The translations under genes were made by a program, and so were the position numbers. Shown here piece by piece: positions 21,197 through 33,100 of a DNA stretch of 64,000 nt (positions are counted from its first letter, which is position 1; the number at the start of each line of letters is the position of its first letter). Origin of the DNA: Trypanosoma brucei (Eukaryota). Location: assembly GCA_000002445.1 (NCBI GenBank), contig CP000071.1, forward strand, positions 384,001-448,000. The letters are read 5' to 3'. The notes beneath the pieces are model-generated. The model was not told where the DNA came from. It saw nothing but the letters and a program-made list of their open reading frames with translations, and searched no databases.

Positions 21197-24100
21197 CTAG
21201 AGAGTCCACGGCACAATATTTCTTCCTAAGTGAAGGTCTTTCGGCTGAATACTATTGTGGTCGACATGCGGCGACCGCGGCTGCGGGTCGTAACGGTGGA
21301 AACCGCGGCTACTCCGCTGCACACACATCCCGAGAGTTGTGATGGGCGACAGGTGACGGAGATCAAACGCGGCGACTTGCCTGGACCGTCTAATCAACGC
21401 AACGGTGCGCCGCTCGTAGTACTCGCTGTTTCCGGTGACGTACCACTGTGACTCATGCAAGGCCCGTGGGACGCCACTCTCCCCACCGTGGGAAGTCTCC
21501 TGGAAGTGAACTTGAAACTGGACTGTATTCTGAAACGCCCTTCGCATTTGCTCCACAACTTGCGCCTGCCTGGCACCGACGACAGCGGCAAGTGGTGAAA
21601 TCATAAACTGTTTGTCTACACCGTACCGACTTGCCCAATGGCCGCCTGCGCCACTCCTCTCGGGAGACAAGGAGTGTCCAATGTCTGCTACAGGAGAGTG
21701 AAGGTCAACAGACACTGATGATAAACCCAGTGTAGAGGCGCCATTGCCATTTGTCCCCCACGGTGTATCATACGGTTTGGAGGCGCCCGCCTTCAAGCCA
21801 CTCGACTTCCTCTGTTCGTTGCGGCGCATGTGCAAACTAACGAGTTCCCGCCGAACATTACGCACCGTCAGGTCCTGAGGGAGATCAGCAAATCCACCTT
21901 GTCGCCTAGCACGACGCCGAGAAACGCTTGCGCTGGAGAATCCACACTGTGGGCCCTTCCTCCAAAAGTGGTCCCAGTGGTTTGAACGGCTCTCCGTGCG
22001 GGCGGTGTTTGAGAAATAGGGAGCATTACCACCAACTGAAGAGCGAAGACGTGATTCAGACACGTAACCCTCCGATGGATGTGCGGTGTGTAGATCAGAA
22101 CACATTCTAGAAGATGGACGACCGGTCGATGGCGTTTCGAGATGTGTTCGGCGCCGTTCCTGTCGGCGGCGCTCCCTGCTCGGTAGCCGAATCAAAGGGG
22201 TGGAAACACGAGATGTCCCTTGTTCTTTGGCGCACCGCCCTGTCAAAAGCACTGTGCTCTCGCATGGAGTCCGATCGGAAGTCTCGGATTGCGTGCTAAG
22301 CAAGCTTCTTTTCACCTTTTCAGCGGTGGTATTGTCCGATTGACTCGCATTGCTTGACGACGCGGGTGCGGCGCTTCCGCACCGCTTTGGGGCCATCACT
22401 AATGAACTCTCATTTAACGGAAAAGTCACGAGCCCGGGCTTTTCCTGTTGAGGAGGAGCTTCACCACCTGTCTTTGAACACCCTGGAAGGCGAGCATTCA
22501 TCTGTTCCTCAACTTCAGCTTGCATCGCAGCCTGCATTTCCTTCTCTTCCCTCAACATCTTTTGGTACTGTTCCATGAACAATCTGCGGTTGTCCACGCC
22601 GGTGACGAGATAATACAGCTCCCCCCTCACACGGACTATAGTACCAAGCACTACATCCCGCACCTTTTCAATTGTCTTTCCGAGTAAATTTTCGTCATAA
22701 GTCACCTGTGTCATACTCGGAAAGGTCCGTTGAACCAAACCCGAGAGGGCGATCTTCTCCAGTTGTACTTCCGTAAAGCTACCCGCTCCCATCAAAGTAA
22801 CCCAAGATTTACCGGTAGGACCAACCGCCACCCGCTCTGTGGCATACTCGATTGCTGTCTCACACACCACAATAGCAGCCCAGCTAAGAATCATCTCGCG
22901 ATATGTGTGGAGAAAAAACGACCGCATGCCAGCCGGCTCAAAAGATGTGTCAATGATGGACTGGAAAAAATCTTCGTAGCTCTCCACTACATCCATAAGG
23001 AGATCTAGCACAATAGGTAAACTATTGTGTGTTGCATCGTCGATGTAGATATTACGATTCTGCCGCACGCTGGAGTAAATCGTTTGCATAACGGAATAGA
23101 GGGGAAGCAACGAGGGTTCCGGGTGCAAAAAGTCATCCGGAGACAAGAAGGTTGCGAGGTACGCGTCTTGATCCGCCTCAGTCATATTGTTCATGTTCGC
23201 CAGGTGACGCCGATAACCCTGTCCCTCCTCACAGTCCACCTCTTTTTCTACCGTCATTCCAACCCCTGACGAATCGGGGACACTGAATGGTGCCACACCG
23301 TACCCACCATGTGCAAGGATAAGCAACGGTGCAATAGTTTTGGGGCGGCCACCATTTTTCCCTACCACCTCGTCCCTAAGTATTGCACTGCTTTCTGCGT
23401 GCAAGCTACCTTCAAAAAGACGAGCCTCCGCTTCAAGATGGCACGTGGTCTTAGTTAGTTTGGAGGATGTCGCAGTAGTGAGGGCCGTATCGGCAAATGG
23501 GTCTTTCGTAGTGTCGGTGGCGTTAAAAGTTGCACCACCATCACCACCACCACCCAACGGTTCCCTACACGGCGGTCGCTGCCACATGGCAATGTCACGC
23601 GCTGTGCGAAGAGGAAGACCACAAGCATGAAACGGCGGCCTCTGCAGCATGCGCTCCGTAGAGGAGAGCCAATAACCATGGCGTAACGCAACGCTTTGCA
23701 ACACCTGCTGGCACGTCGAGGTGTCCCGATGTAGGAAATAACGGTCATCTCGCTGCTCTCCATCATCCGATGATCCTACAGAATTTGCAGTTGAGAGTAG
23801 ACTACAACTTTTCCCGGACTTCTTCGATGATGATGAAAACCGCAAACGCGTCAGTCTAGGCGATGCCTTGCGGGGCGGAAGGGGCACCTTCTCACTCGAC
23901 GACATTCTTGAGTCAATTTTGGGGCCCGGTGAGGATCGGTTCTTCACAGCATTGTGAACGCGTCGTCGCAGCACACAATAATCCTCTGGGTCGCCCGTAA
24001 AAAGTTCCTCAGGTAGCGACCGCATAAGCACATACGTAACAAATCGGGCCGCCGCCTCCGAGCATTTCTGCAGCCCAGGATGACAAGAAAGAATTCCTGC

Positions 24101-25378
24101 CAGTTTAATCAAATCCCCATGAGGTGCCGAGTCTATTCGCTTGTCGAGCGTTATATCCCACAACCCGCCGAAAACGGAATGACAGCTGGGGGAAAAACTG
24201 GATTGAAGACCCGCCGGGCCGTCGTGAGAATGAGGACCGGGAGAAGACTTTCTACAATGCCCAGGATTACTCAACCGCTTCAAGGTCAGCTTGACAAGCC
24301 GTTTCACAGACTCCGTTCGCTGCTCCCGCTCCGCCGCTAGTCGCTTCTCTGATGCCCCGTCCTCTTTCGGTGATGCCCTATCAGGTGAAGAGAACCCGGT
24401 GGCCGTAGAATCACCCATGGTGCCTCTGGTTAAAGAGGCTTCGGGATTGGTAAACGCCGCTGAAAAAAATGGAGCGGAAGCATTAACGCCCTCATTCGCC
24501 TTTGTTTTCGTCTCTTGTAGAAACGGGAATTTAAATACACCAGATAAAGCATTTGCATTCCCAATGAGACTTCCCATAGTCGTTGTGAGCTGTTCCCTAT
24601 TCTTTTCCCCCTCATCCTTCATGTTAAAATCATGGACTGTTGAAGAACCCGTTGAAAACGAAGGGGACTCCACCTTCTCAGTGCTAACACGAGGTTGCCT
24701 ACCGTAGCGCTGCTCGTAGTCAGTCACAAACGTGTGTAGCGCATCATACACACACTTCTCAAGGTTATCACCCACCGCCAGAGAAGCTTTTCCCCATGGA
24801 TCCCCATCCGTGAGCGTCGTGCTTGTGCCCCCTTCTATACATGGCAAGTTGTTGCTTCCTGTTGTAGAGGTCGTGAATGACGTCCGCAGCACTGATGTTC
24901 CCCGTGATGAATCACACAGGGGTGCGGCCCGCCGGGCATCCTCTTCTTGCTTTTGCTGCAGCATCTTCTTCGCCATGTGGTACGCAAAGAGACGTTCACG
25001 CCTGCATCTCAATGTCGGCCGTATGTAACGCACAAGCGCACCGGAAGGTGGTCTCCGCCCCCCCACAACCGCGGTAGTGGTATTCGTGTCATTAGGAGCT
25101 GGTGAAGATGGAATATTCCGCCTCTCTCTTGGGGAGTGCGACCGGCTACGCTCCATTTCTTGAATTCTTTTCTGCTCCAACCGCTCCGTTTCCTCAGCCA
25201 TCACCTCTGCCAACATCGCGGCAATCGTCCCAACATCTTCTAGTGCACCTGATACAGGGGTTGGCTCGCCATAACATAAAAAATTTTTACCACATCCCTT
25301 CTTTTTCTTGCTCCTCTCTGTTATTCGCATCTCCCGCTCTGCGCTGTGTTCCATACATAGTATCTTTTCATATGACAT
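21197..25378 (-). CDS. Large hypothetical protein (1393 aa), no family recognised by eye
   Basis: Long uninterrupted ATG-initiated ORF with mixed composition. An alternative start MEHSAEREM lies at 25354. A conserved-looking globular block (...IYIDDATHNSLPIVLDLLMDVVESYEDFFQSIIDTSFEPAGMRSFFLHTYREMILSWAAIVV...) is flanked by S/T/P-rich low-complexity regions. Confidence 0.7.
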   Translation of the reverse strand: MSYEKILCMEHSAEREMRITERSKKKKGCGKNFLCYGEPTPVSGALEDVGTIAAMLAEVMAEETERLEQKRIQEMERSRSHSPRERRNIPSSPAPNDTNTTTAVVGGRRPPSGALVRYIRPTLRCRRERLFAYHMAKKMLQQKQEEDARRAAPLCDSSRGTSVLRTSFTTSTTGSNNLPCIEGGTSTTLTDGDPWGKASLAVGDNLEKCVYDALHTFVTDYEQRYGRQPRVSTEKVESPSFSTGSSTVHDFNMKDEGEKNREQLTTTMGSLIGNANALSGVFKFPFLQETKTKANEGVNASAPFFSAAFTNPEASLTRGTMGDSTATGFSSPDRASPKEDGASEKRLAAEREQRTESVKRLVKLTLKRLSNPGHCRKSSPGPHSHDGPAGLQSSFSPSCHSVFGGLWDITLDKRIDSAPHGDLIKLAGILSCHPGLQKCSEAAARFVTYVLMRSLPEELFTGDPEDYCVLRRRVHNAVKNRSSPGPKIDSRMSSSEKVPLPPRKASPRLTRLRFSSSSKKSGKSCSLLSTANSVGSSDDGEQRDDRYFLHRDTSTCQQVLQSVALRHGYWLSSTERMLQRPPFHACGLPLRTARDIAMWQRPPCREPLGGGGDGGATFNATDTTKDPFADTALTTATSSKLTKTTCHLEAEARLFEGSLHAESSAILRDEVVGKNGGRPKTIAPLLILAHGGYGVAPFSVPDSSGVGMTVEKEVDCEEGQGYRRHLANMNNMTEADQDAYLATFLSPDDFLHPEPSLLPLYSVMQTIYSSVRQNRNIYIDDATHNSLPIVLDLLMDVVESYEDFFQSIIDTSFEPAGMRSFFLHTYREMILSWAAIVVCETAIEYATERVAVGPTGKSWVTLMGAGSFTEVQLEKIALSGLVQRTFPSMTQVTYDENLLGKTIEKVRDVVLGTIVRVRGELYYLVTGVDNRRLFMEQYQKMLREEKEMQAAMQAEVEEQMNARLPGCSKTGGEAPPQQEKPGLVTFPLNESSLVMAPKRCGSAAPASSSNASQSDNTTAEKVKRSLLSTQSETSDRTPCESTVLLTGRCAKEQGTSRVSTPLIRLPSRERRRQERRRTHLETPSTGRPSSRMCSDLHTAHPSEGYVSESRLRSSVGGNAPYFSNTARTESRSNHWDHFWRKGPQCGFSSASVSRRRARRQGGFADLPQDLTVRNVRRELVSLHMRRNEQRKSSGLKAGASKPYDTPWGTNGNGASTLGLSSVSVDLHSPVADIGHSLSPERSGAGGHWASRYGVDKQFMISPLAAVVGARQAQVVEQMRRAFQNTVQFQVHFQETSHGGESGVPRALHESQWYVTGNSEYYERRTVALIRRSRQVAAFDLRHLSPITTLGMCVQRSSRGFHRYDPQPRSPHVDHNSIQPKDLHLGRNIVPWTL

Positions 25379-25608
25379 TGTCCCTCACTCTCTTGGGGCT
25401 TTACTTTTCCCGCCGTCTCCCTCTCTGAGACGGCAAAAGCGATGTGAATTTATCAACTAAGTCCTTCCCGAATATATCCAATCAAGCTCATACAAGACGC
25501 ACGGTTCTGCCACCCGCTGGAGGAGAGAAACTCGCTCCCTTATTTCTTCACCAAATCGCCCCACGCGTGTAAAATCACCACCTTGCCTTGTTTTTATCTC
25601 TCGCCTAT

Positions 25609-25633
25609 TTTATATATATATATATATATATAT
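25609..25633. repeat. (TA)n microsatellite
   Basis: tatatatatatatatatatatat. Confidence 0.9.
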
Positions 25634-28600
25634 GTAAGGGAGGGCTGACAGAACCCACCTTTATTTATGTATTTTTCTGTATTTTTATTTTATTTTATTT
25701 TTTTGGTTTTTGTTCCCTTCTCCTCCTGTGCTTCCTCTTGACTATAAGGGGCCTACTACCGTTACTGTGATGCAACTAAAATGAACTTAAGTAATATGTC
25801 TCGTGTATTTGTGTATGCTTTTTGTGTATTTATGTGCGTTTTCCTGAAAGAGGGAAAGCAGTTCCAAGTCCTTAGTTCCAACTATTTTACCCTCTATCAC
25901 CCCCCTACCCTTGTTAGCGATTGGAAAAATGGATAAAGTACAAAAAGAAAAAAGAAACAAAATAATAATCGTTTATTTCAGTTTGACACTATTCATATGT
26001 TTTTTCACCAGCCCTCGCCCACATAGGAAGAGCACTAGCAGTAGCAAAGTATGGTGAAAAGAGGGCCGGGGATATTAAAAGATTGGATGGGAAATAGCAA
26101 CAGGAGAATTTTAAAAAAAAAAAGAAACAAAAAAACAAAGAAAAAGGGGGAAAAAAACAACAAAATGACCCACAAAATCGCACACTGCGATTAGAGACCT
26201 GGATAGGGAAGAGGTAGAGAAGGAACGACAACAAAAAGAGCAGCGAAAAACAAAACAAAACGCAAACAACAGAAAGAGGGGGGATCTTGACAGACAAGCG
26301 TGTTTCCTTCACATCCGCGTTGCACTATACAATCATTATGATGATGATGATAATAATAATAATAATAATTGAAATGACAAATTTTAAAAGAATTTAACAG
26401 AAAAGAAAAAAAAGAAGAAGAGAGGAGAGAAAGCGGTAAAGCGCCGCCCAGACACACGCGCATGCGTTAGCCAAACACTGAAGTTAATTATATCAACAAG
26501 AATAGTCGCGGGATTGACAGAAACGCATGTACGCAAAAAAAAAAAAAAGGAAGCCGCCGTTTTTGTTCCTTTTTCTTTGGTCTTTTTTTTTTGTTGTTGT
26601 TTGTTTATTTGTTGGTTTGGTTTGGTTTGGTTGCTTCTCTATCCTTTATTCTTTTCTTTTTTAAAAAAAAAATCCTCTTTCGTATTTATCCCTCTTCTGT
26701 TTGGGTTCGCGGGGGGGAAGGGGGTTGGAGACGCCATGTGTTTCTTCATCCTCCACGCACCAAAAATATTTAAAAAAGAAAAAGAAAAATATGTAGATAC
26801 CAAAAATGAAAACGAAGTACATCCTCGCCAAAATAAAAAAAAAAGTGAAAACAAAAAGATAATAATAATAATAATAACGAATGAATGAATGATGCGCTGC
26901 AGCTGCAGAGGGGTAAACAGGGCCGCGTAACGGATGTCCGGTTTGGAAAAAAGAGAAAAGAGGAGATTTGATATTGATTATTTTTGCATTTTGTTTTGAT
27001 ACTACTTCAAATAAAATGGTGGTGGATAGTAAGAATCAGGAAGTAAAACAGAAAAAAGAGAACGGTACGAAAATAAATGAAGAAAGAAAAAAAAAAGTAA
27101 AACGAGGGAAAAACGCTCCCGTCAAACATCACCGACGTCATTAATAACAACAGCAACTTCAAATTTAAAATCCTTTAGTTTTCTCACGTTTACTTCCTCC
27201 TATTTAATTAATTTGACTTCCTTTAGTTTTCTGTTATTGTTGTTATTATTGTTTTTCCTATCTTCTCTCTCCCTTCTCGTGTTGTGATGACTAAATGGGC
27301 CCACCAGTACCAACAACAGCGGGGGGGAAATGAAAAAATCAACAACCATAAATAAAAAGGAGCAACAAACACAAATGCGACGCACAAAGCAACAACAACA
27401 ACAACAACAGAAAAAAATTAAAGTAAACAAAACACACACACACACACAAGAGGTACGGTTTTAAATTCATTTAATTTACATTCAAGCCTCCCCGGTTGTC
27501 CGGGGTCTGATTTCATGTGGTATTTCAGCGCTACTTCCATTCCCCTTTTTTTAAAAAAAAAAGATTTGTTCTCCTTTAACTTTATGCACCCGCCTCCTCT
27601 ATTTCACGCACAATGTCATACTTGCCAACTTCACATTCCGTTGTGGCACTACCATTGTTTCATTGTTGTTACCTTTTTTTTTCATTTTTTTCCTTTTTTT
27701 CGTTTTTGTAAGCCCGGCTTTACTTTCTCCGTCATTCAGATCTAAGTAATAATAATAATAATAAGTTGATTCGGCTCCCGTTTGTTCAATTTGGTTTTTC
27801 CCTCATTAATTCGCCCTTTTATCCCCTCCTTTCTTTTTGTTTTATTTTTTTTTTAAAGTCCCTTCTCCTCCGTTCGGCACCCCTTCCACAACAACAAAAA
27901 GGAAACACGAAAAAAAAAACTAAAAACAAAAACACGCCCTGCTTCAGAAGTGAAAAAAAAAAAGGTACGGGTCTATGAGTAAATACTCAATCAAATAGTT
28001 CATAGAAAACACACACACACACAACAAAACAAATATATAATCGTATACTTATTCGTATTTATATAACAAAAACAACCGACCAAAAAAAAAGAGAGCTACA
28101 ACGATCCGAAGGACATTCAACTACGGCAAATTGCACTCTTTTTCCGTTTTCGCTCTTCGAGTCATTACGTAACACATGTGGAAGTAAATCAAAAGAAAAA
28201 AAAACTAAACTAAACTAAAAATGGCGCAAATCAGGAAATGCGGCAGAGAAAAGGAAGAAGAAAAGAAAATCACTAAAAAGAGTTCATACAACAATGCCAT
28301 CATTTTCACCCCACCCGCCTGTCACTACAAACACATATTGGCAGAAGCGAAAAGATAATGGGGCGGCAAAAACGAATATGAAAATGAACTTAAGTCCAAT
28401 GGATGCATCAACACGGAAGCAGGCACAACGTAGAAACTTCAAAACAAGAAAGAAAACGAAAAAGGAAGAAGAGAACTTGTAAATCACTCCGGAACTTTTT
28501 TGTCATATCCCTTTTTTCTTTTTGTTTTCGTTTGCCCGCAAGGGGATGATGGGGAATAACATAAAAATAAAAGAAGAAAGTGTTTCCCACATATGTATAT

Positions 28601-30143
28601 GTATATATATATATATATCTACCCGCATCTCAAATGGCTCGGAAGCAACCCACTCACTGAAAGTAAGTACAAGGGATGAAAAGAACCACAAGGTAGATAA
28701 AAGAAAACAAACCGGATTTGGACGTATGAGGCACCGGTACCAGCAGCAAGACACAAATATCCGTTATTTTTTTTTTCAAAAAAAAAGGTAAAAGAAAGAA
28801 AGGTATATTGGGAAGGAAAAAAAAAAGACGAATTAAGACGAATGAAAATCTGGCGGAGGGGTTTCAGGGGAAACTGCAGGGTTAAACCCATTTTTCATTT
28901 CAGAAAAGAAAAGCAACCAGTCAATTGAGTGGGTCACCCTTCAGCTAGAAGAAGAATAGAGAAATCGACTAAAATCGAAAAGTAGGGAAGGAACATAAAC
29001 ACAACGAGATGCCCATCACCTTGCATCTCCGCACATCATAGGGAAGAAAAATGACGAGATCGCAACTAACAACGACAAGAAAACAAAACGCACACAGATA
29101 CAGGCGAATGAAAATGTATAAAAATGACATGAAAAGTTGCAAAAAAAAATGGGTAGAGCCCAGCAGAAATCAAATCCCCTTCGCCCGCGCCTCTTCCTTC
29201 GCCCTTCCTTCGCCTTAAACACCGTATAAATATGCACACAGACACATCCATCCATCCATCTATTCATACATACATACATACATGCACCTATACTATTATA
29301 TATTATATAATCGTGTGTATTTATCTTCCTCTTCCTCTTTTAGTGGTGGTTTTCGCTAACTTTATCTCATATCCAAATTATTCCTATCACCCTTTTCCCA
29401 TTCCACAGTCCCTTCACCCCTCCCCCTTGGACCCAATTAGCACATCAGCTTTCCTTCTCTACAAACATGCAACATTCGTGGGCCCTGCAGCAAATACTTG
29501 GCCATATCGCCCAGCTAAATTAGATTTTACTACTCTCCATTTATTGGTTTTAGCTCGTTCCTTCTTTCCCTCATTCCTCATCGCGCCTCCTCTTTTGTAT
29601 CCTTTCCTCTCCCCTCTATTTTATTATTTAGCCTTCGAGGGGATTCATCCATTTCGTTTCCGCCCACCCCTTCCTTCACACTTACTCCATCTATGTCGCA
29701 TCCTTCCCACTGATGCAAAGAGGTACAGGCGTTTATTCAAATGTTTTACTCACCTCCGAAACATAGCCGAGCAGGTAAACATATTCGTCCTATTGCACGC
29801 ACAAGCATATATATATATATATATATACATACACATGTACATATGTAGATGACTGCGTTTGGATGCGCACAAAACGTGAATACGGCCCACAGATTGCACG
29901 GTCATCTCGCTTTCCATCATGCGACATCCGTACATTGTTGGGGTCCTCAGAACCTCTATAACCTTGTGTTTTTTTTTCGCCTCTTTTTGTTCTTATTACA
30001 AGTGGTAGTTCCCTCCTCATCTATATTTGACCTCTTTCTCTCCTGTGCGAGCCTATCCTCAATCCGCCATCCTAACCTGTCCTCTGTGTCTCTTGCTCCA
30101 ACCGGATACTGGCGGAGCCGAGTCTCCTTATAATGCTACTCAC

Positions 30144-33100
30144 TCAGCCGTAGAGAAATACGACAACGAGGTAAGCAACAGCAACCGACGCCAACAATGC
30201 CAAAAGGTAAGCGTTACGACGTAGGCGGTCCACCTGCGAAAAACGAGCGAGCCGCCATAGAAATCTACGGTAGCGACTGCCACGCCGCTGCGTCGTGACT
30301 ACAGGTGCCGGGGTGACCGTCATCAGGGACCATGGTTGTGCGACAACTGCTGGGGCCTTTCGCTTCCTCTTCGGCGAGGTCGATCTATGTAAATCACGGG
30401 TTGTTTCAGTCACAGGTGGAGCCACGCGATCGGCCTTCATTGGACGCTCGGTCTTAGCCGGCCTTTCAGCTTTAACCGGCCGCTCAACCTTTGCTGGGCG
30501 CTCGGAACTTGCCTCAAGTCCTTTCCCCTCACTTCTGGTGGTGGCATCATGAGTTTTCAAAGGCTCGGCTTGCCCTTCGTGAGCTCTGCCGTTGCTACCG
30601 CCGTTCAAAAGTGGTTTGCCATTGGATAGCCGTAAGGGTTTCTCCGTAGAAGCTGCGCCTCGTGGTCCCTTATGAGACAAATGCTCGTCCTCATGCCTTT
30701 CCACGCCGTTGGACTCTTGGCTCTCTGCGCTTCTCTGGCTTTCAAGCACGATTGCGATAGACACTGCCCAGTCTACTATCAGCTTTGAGCGCTTTCGCTC
30801 CTCGTCCCTCTTCGTGGCCACTCGCGCATCCAAACATGGCACCAGAATGTCCTTATACAGTTTCACAACAAGCTGCATCTGCTCAAGTTGCGCGGCGCAC
30901 CACACCTCCGCTTTACGTAATTTATCGCTCACCGTCATTACGCTTTGCTCGGCCACCTCATAGTCTCCCTTCTTGAAACGAAGCAACGTCAGAATGTCCC
31001 CGCTCCTAGAGAGTCCGGAGGGAGCGCCAATACCAAATAACTCAGTCCGATGGCTTTGCTCTGGGTTTAGTGCTTTAATTGCAGGGTAGAATAAATTAGG
31101 AGTTTCAACCTTCGCCTTTCGCTCCCCTTTTGGTGTCAAGATGCCGCTAAGTGTCTTGCGTATATCCTTTTGTGTGCGTTGCACCTCCAGCGCAGTGGCG
31201 CGTAGATCTTGGTCTAGTTTCTGTATCATATCAAAAGCTTCCTTGGCGCATTCGTCAACACTGCCATAATCTTCTTCACACTGTTTCGCGCCGCCCAAAA
31301 GACGCGCAGCAAACCGAAGCACTTCCTCAGAGATACTCCCATGAGGCCGCATAGATGCTCCAATGAGTCCCTCCACCAAATGTACAGCGTCCGAATCTTC
31401 CTCAGGGGCCCCCGCATCAACCGCCTTTTGGCCATTTCTACCGCCGCGACCCTTCTTCCGCTTGTCGGCTCCGTCAGTTGTCACGCAGTGCTGGAGCGAT
31501 ATACTAGCAAATTGTTCGCCCAAACGCTCCAATTGTTGGGCCAGATTGGCTGTTCTCCGCCTACTCAAACCGATGCTGTCAGCCCACTCCAGTATCATCT
31601 GCCTACTGTCAGACAAATCCATCACCTCATTATCATCCTGTGGCGATGCACTAACAGCCGATGTCTCCTCCGCCTGTGGTGGCACTTTGACTGATACATC
31701 ATCTGGAGTCTCCGCTGCCCATGGCGCCCACGGCGCCTCCGACGCACCGCTCCTCAATGATCCTGATTTACCTCCCCTCCGTGATCCCGAACTTTCTCCC
31801 CTCCACGAACATGACAACCCGGGTGTGACATTTTTCCACGAAGAGACCCCCGTCCACGACGATCTCACCACATCCCGTACCTCTGAAGTCTCTGCGGCCC
31901 CTGCAGATGCCGTTCTCCCTTTCCGCAGTGCGAAGCTGGGAGTCCACGGAAAACACTGGAATGTCCCGCACAGAGCCGGATTAAATGTGAATGGTCTGCC
32001 AGGTCCCCCGCCATTAAAACACATGCCTCGTCCCCAACCAAAACAAGGTTGCGGAGCGGTTTTTCTTCCATGTGGATCCACATCTGCGGGACTAACTCGC
32101 ATTCTGTCATAGGGATTATGCTGCATCTTAGACCCATTACCCCTTGGAGACGCCTGTCCGGAGGCCTCAGAGTCCTGCCGCCCATGGAATGAAAAGTACT
32201 CTTCAGCCGACAGCGCCAACACATCTCCTCCAATGGTGGTATCGTTAAACGGCACCCACATGCAAGAGAGGTCCTCAACATTTACCTCCGCCACTGCCAC
32301 ATCCGACACCCCGTGGACAGCGAAACGCTCCGGGAAAAGGTTCACGAGGGCATCCAGGGCAATACGCCGGGGTCTCAGGCGTGGTGACGCGCCTGAGCGT
32401 GGGCGGACGGCACGCACTACCGTGTGCACAAACAACACTACATCGCGCTCCCTTTGGTCATCGCCCTCGGTGGGCACTTCACCATCCTCACCATGATGTG
32501 TCAGGCATATGTTCAAGGCAACGGGTACTGGCGGCGGCGGAATCGAGTGGAAGACACGCGGTAATACCTGTTGTGGCCCCTTGGGTTCCTTTCCCGCGCT
32601 GACTCCACCCCCACTTTGTTGATTGGTGCTGGCGCTACTCACTGCTTCCTCCTCTTTGACGCTTTCACCAGGGGAGGCAGTGTCTGTCCCCCTTCCTGAC
32701 GACGGTGCTTCGTCAAAACCACAAAACGACGTGGGATTGCTTGAAATGCAACTGAAGGCGGCATCATGAATGAGTGCACGCAGCTGATGGGCGTACATGC
32801 GCTTCGTACTAGCAAACTCCTCGAGCATTTCAGACACAGACCCCCTATCATCATTTTTTCTCTCCTTTGTCCCCTCGGGAGTTGGAGAGAGCACTAAACG
32901 GATGGGAATACAAGCTCGAACCTCGTAGTAACTCGGCTCGCTGCCGTTTATCATCCCTGATACGATTTCGCACGGAAACCCACTCGGAAAGAAACTTACT
33001 TCCATCCTTGGCCAGGTTGTAAGCCTAACAATGTGTGACGTCACCGCACTCCATGTTTGAACAAGAAAATCCAAGCGATTGGTCCTCAGTACATGCAGCT

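Noticed and set aside
29232-29852. 206-aa plus-strand ORF in the 4.7-kb gap (and neighbouring 60 to 124-aa ORFs at 25588 to 30224)
   Set aside because: Translation of a pyrimidine tract and microsatellite DNA (IHPSIHTYIHT..., poly-F/L/S). No protein-like composition.
25379-30143. Idea that the plus-strand pyrimidine richness between 27.5 and 30.1 kb indicates a hidden plus-strand gene or strand switch
   Set aside because: Other intergenic regions of this same minus-strand unit (19.2 to 21.2 kb, 3.9 to 7.4 kb) show the same patchwork of polypurine and polypyrimidine blocks on both strands, so the asymmetry is not diagnostic. No plus-strand ORF there looks coding.
31363-32112. 249-aa plus-strand ORF antisense to the 1106-aa gene, and similar antisense ORFs at 44276..44911 and 45362..45997 opposite RPL7a
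   Set aside because: Antisense to strongly supported genes (a ribosomal protein with a perfect match and a long coherent ORF), with low-complexity composition and no start-site signals.
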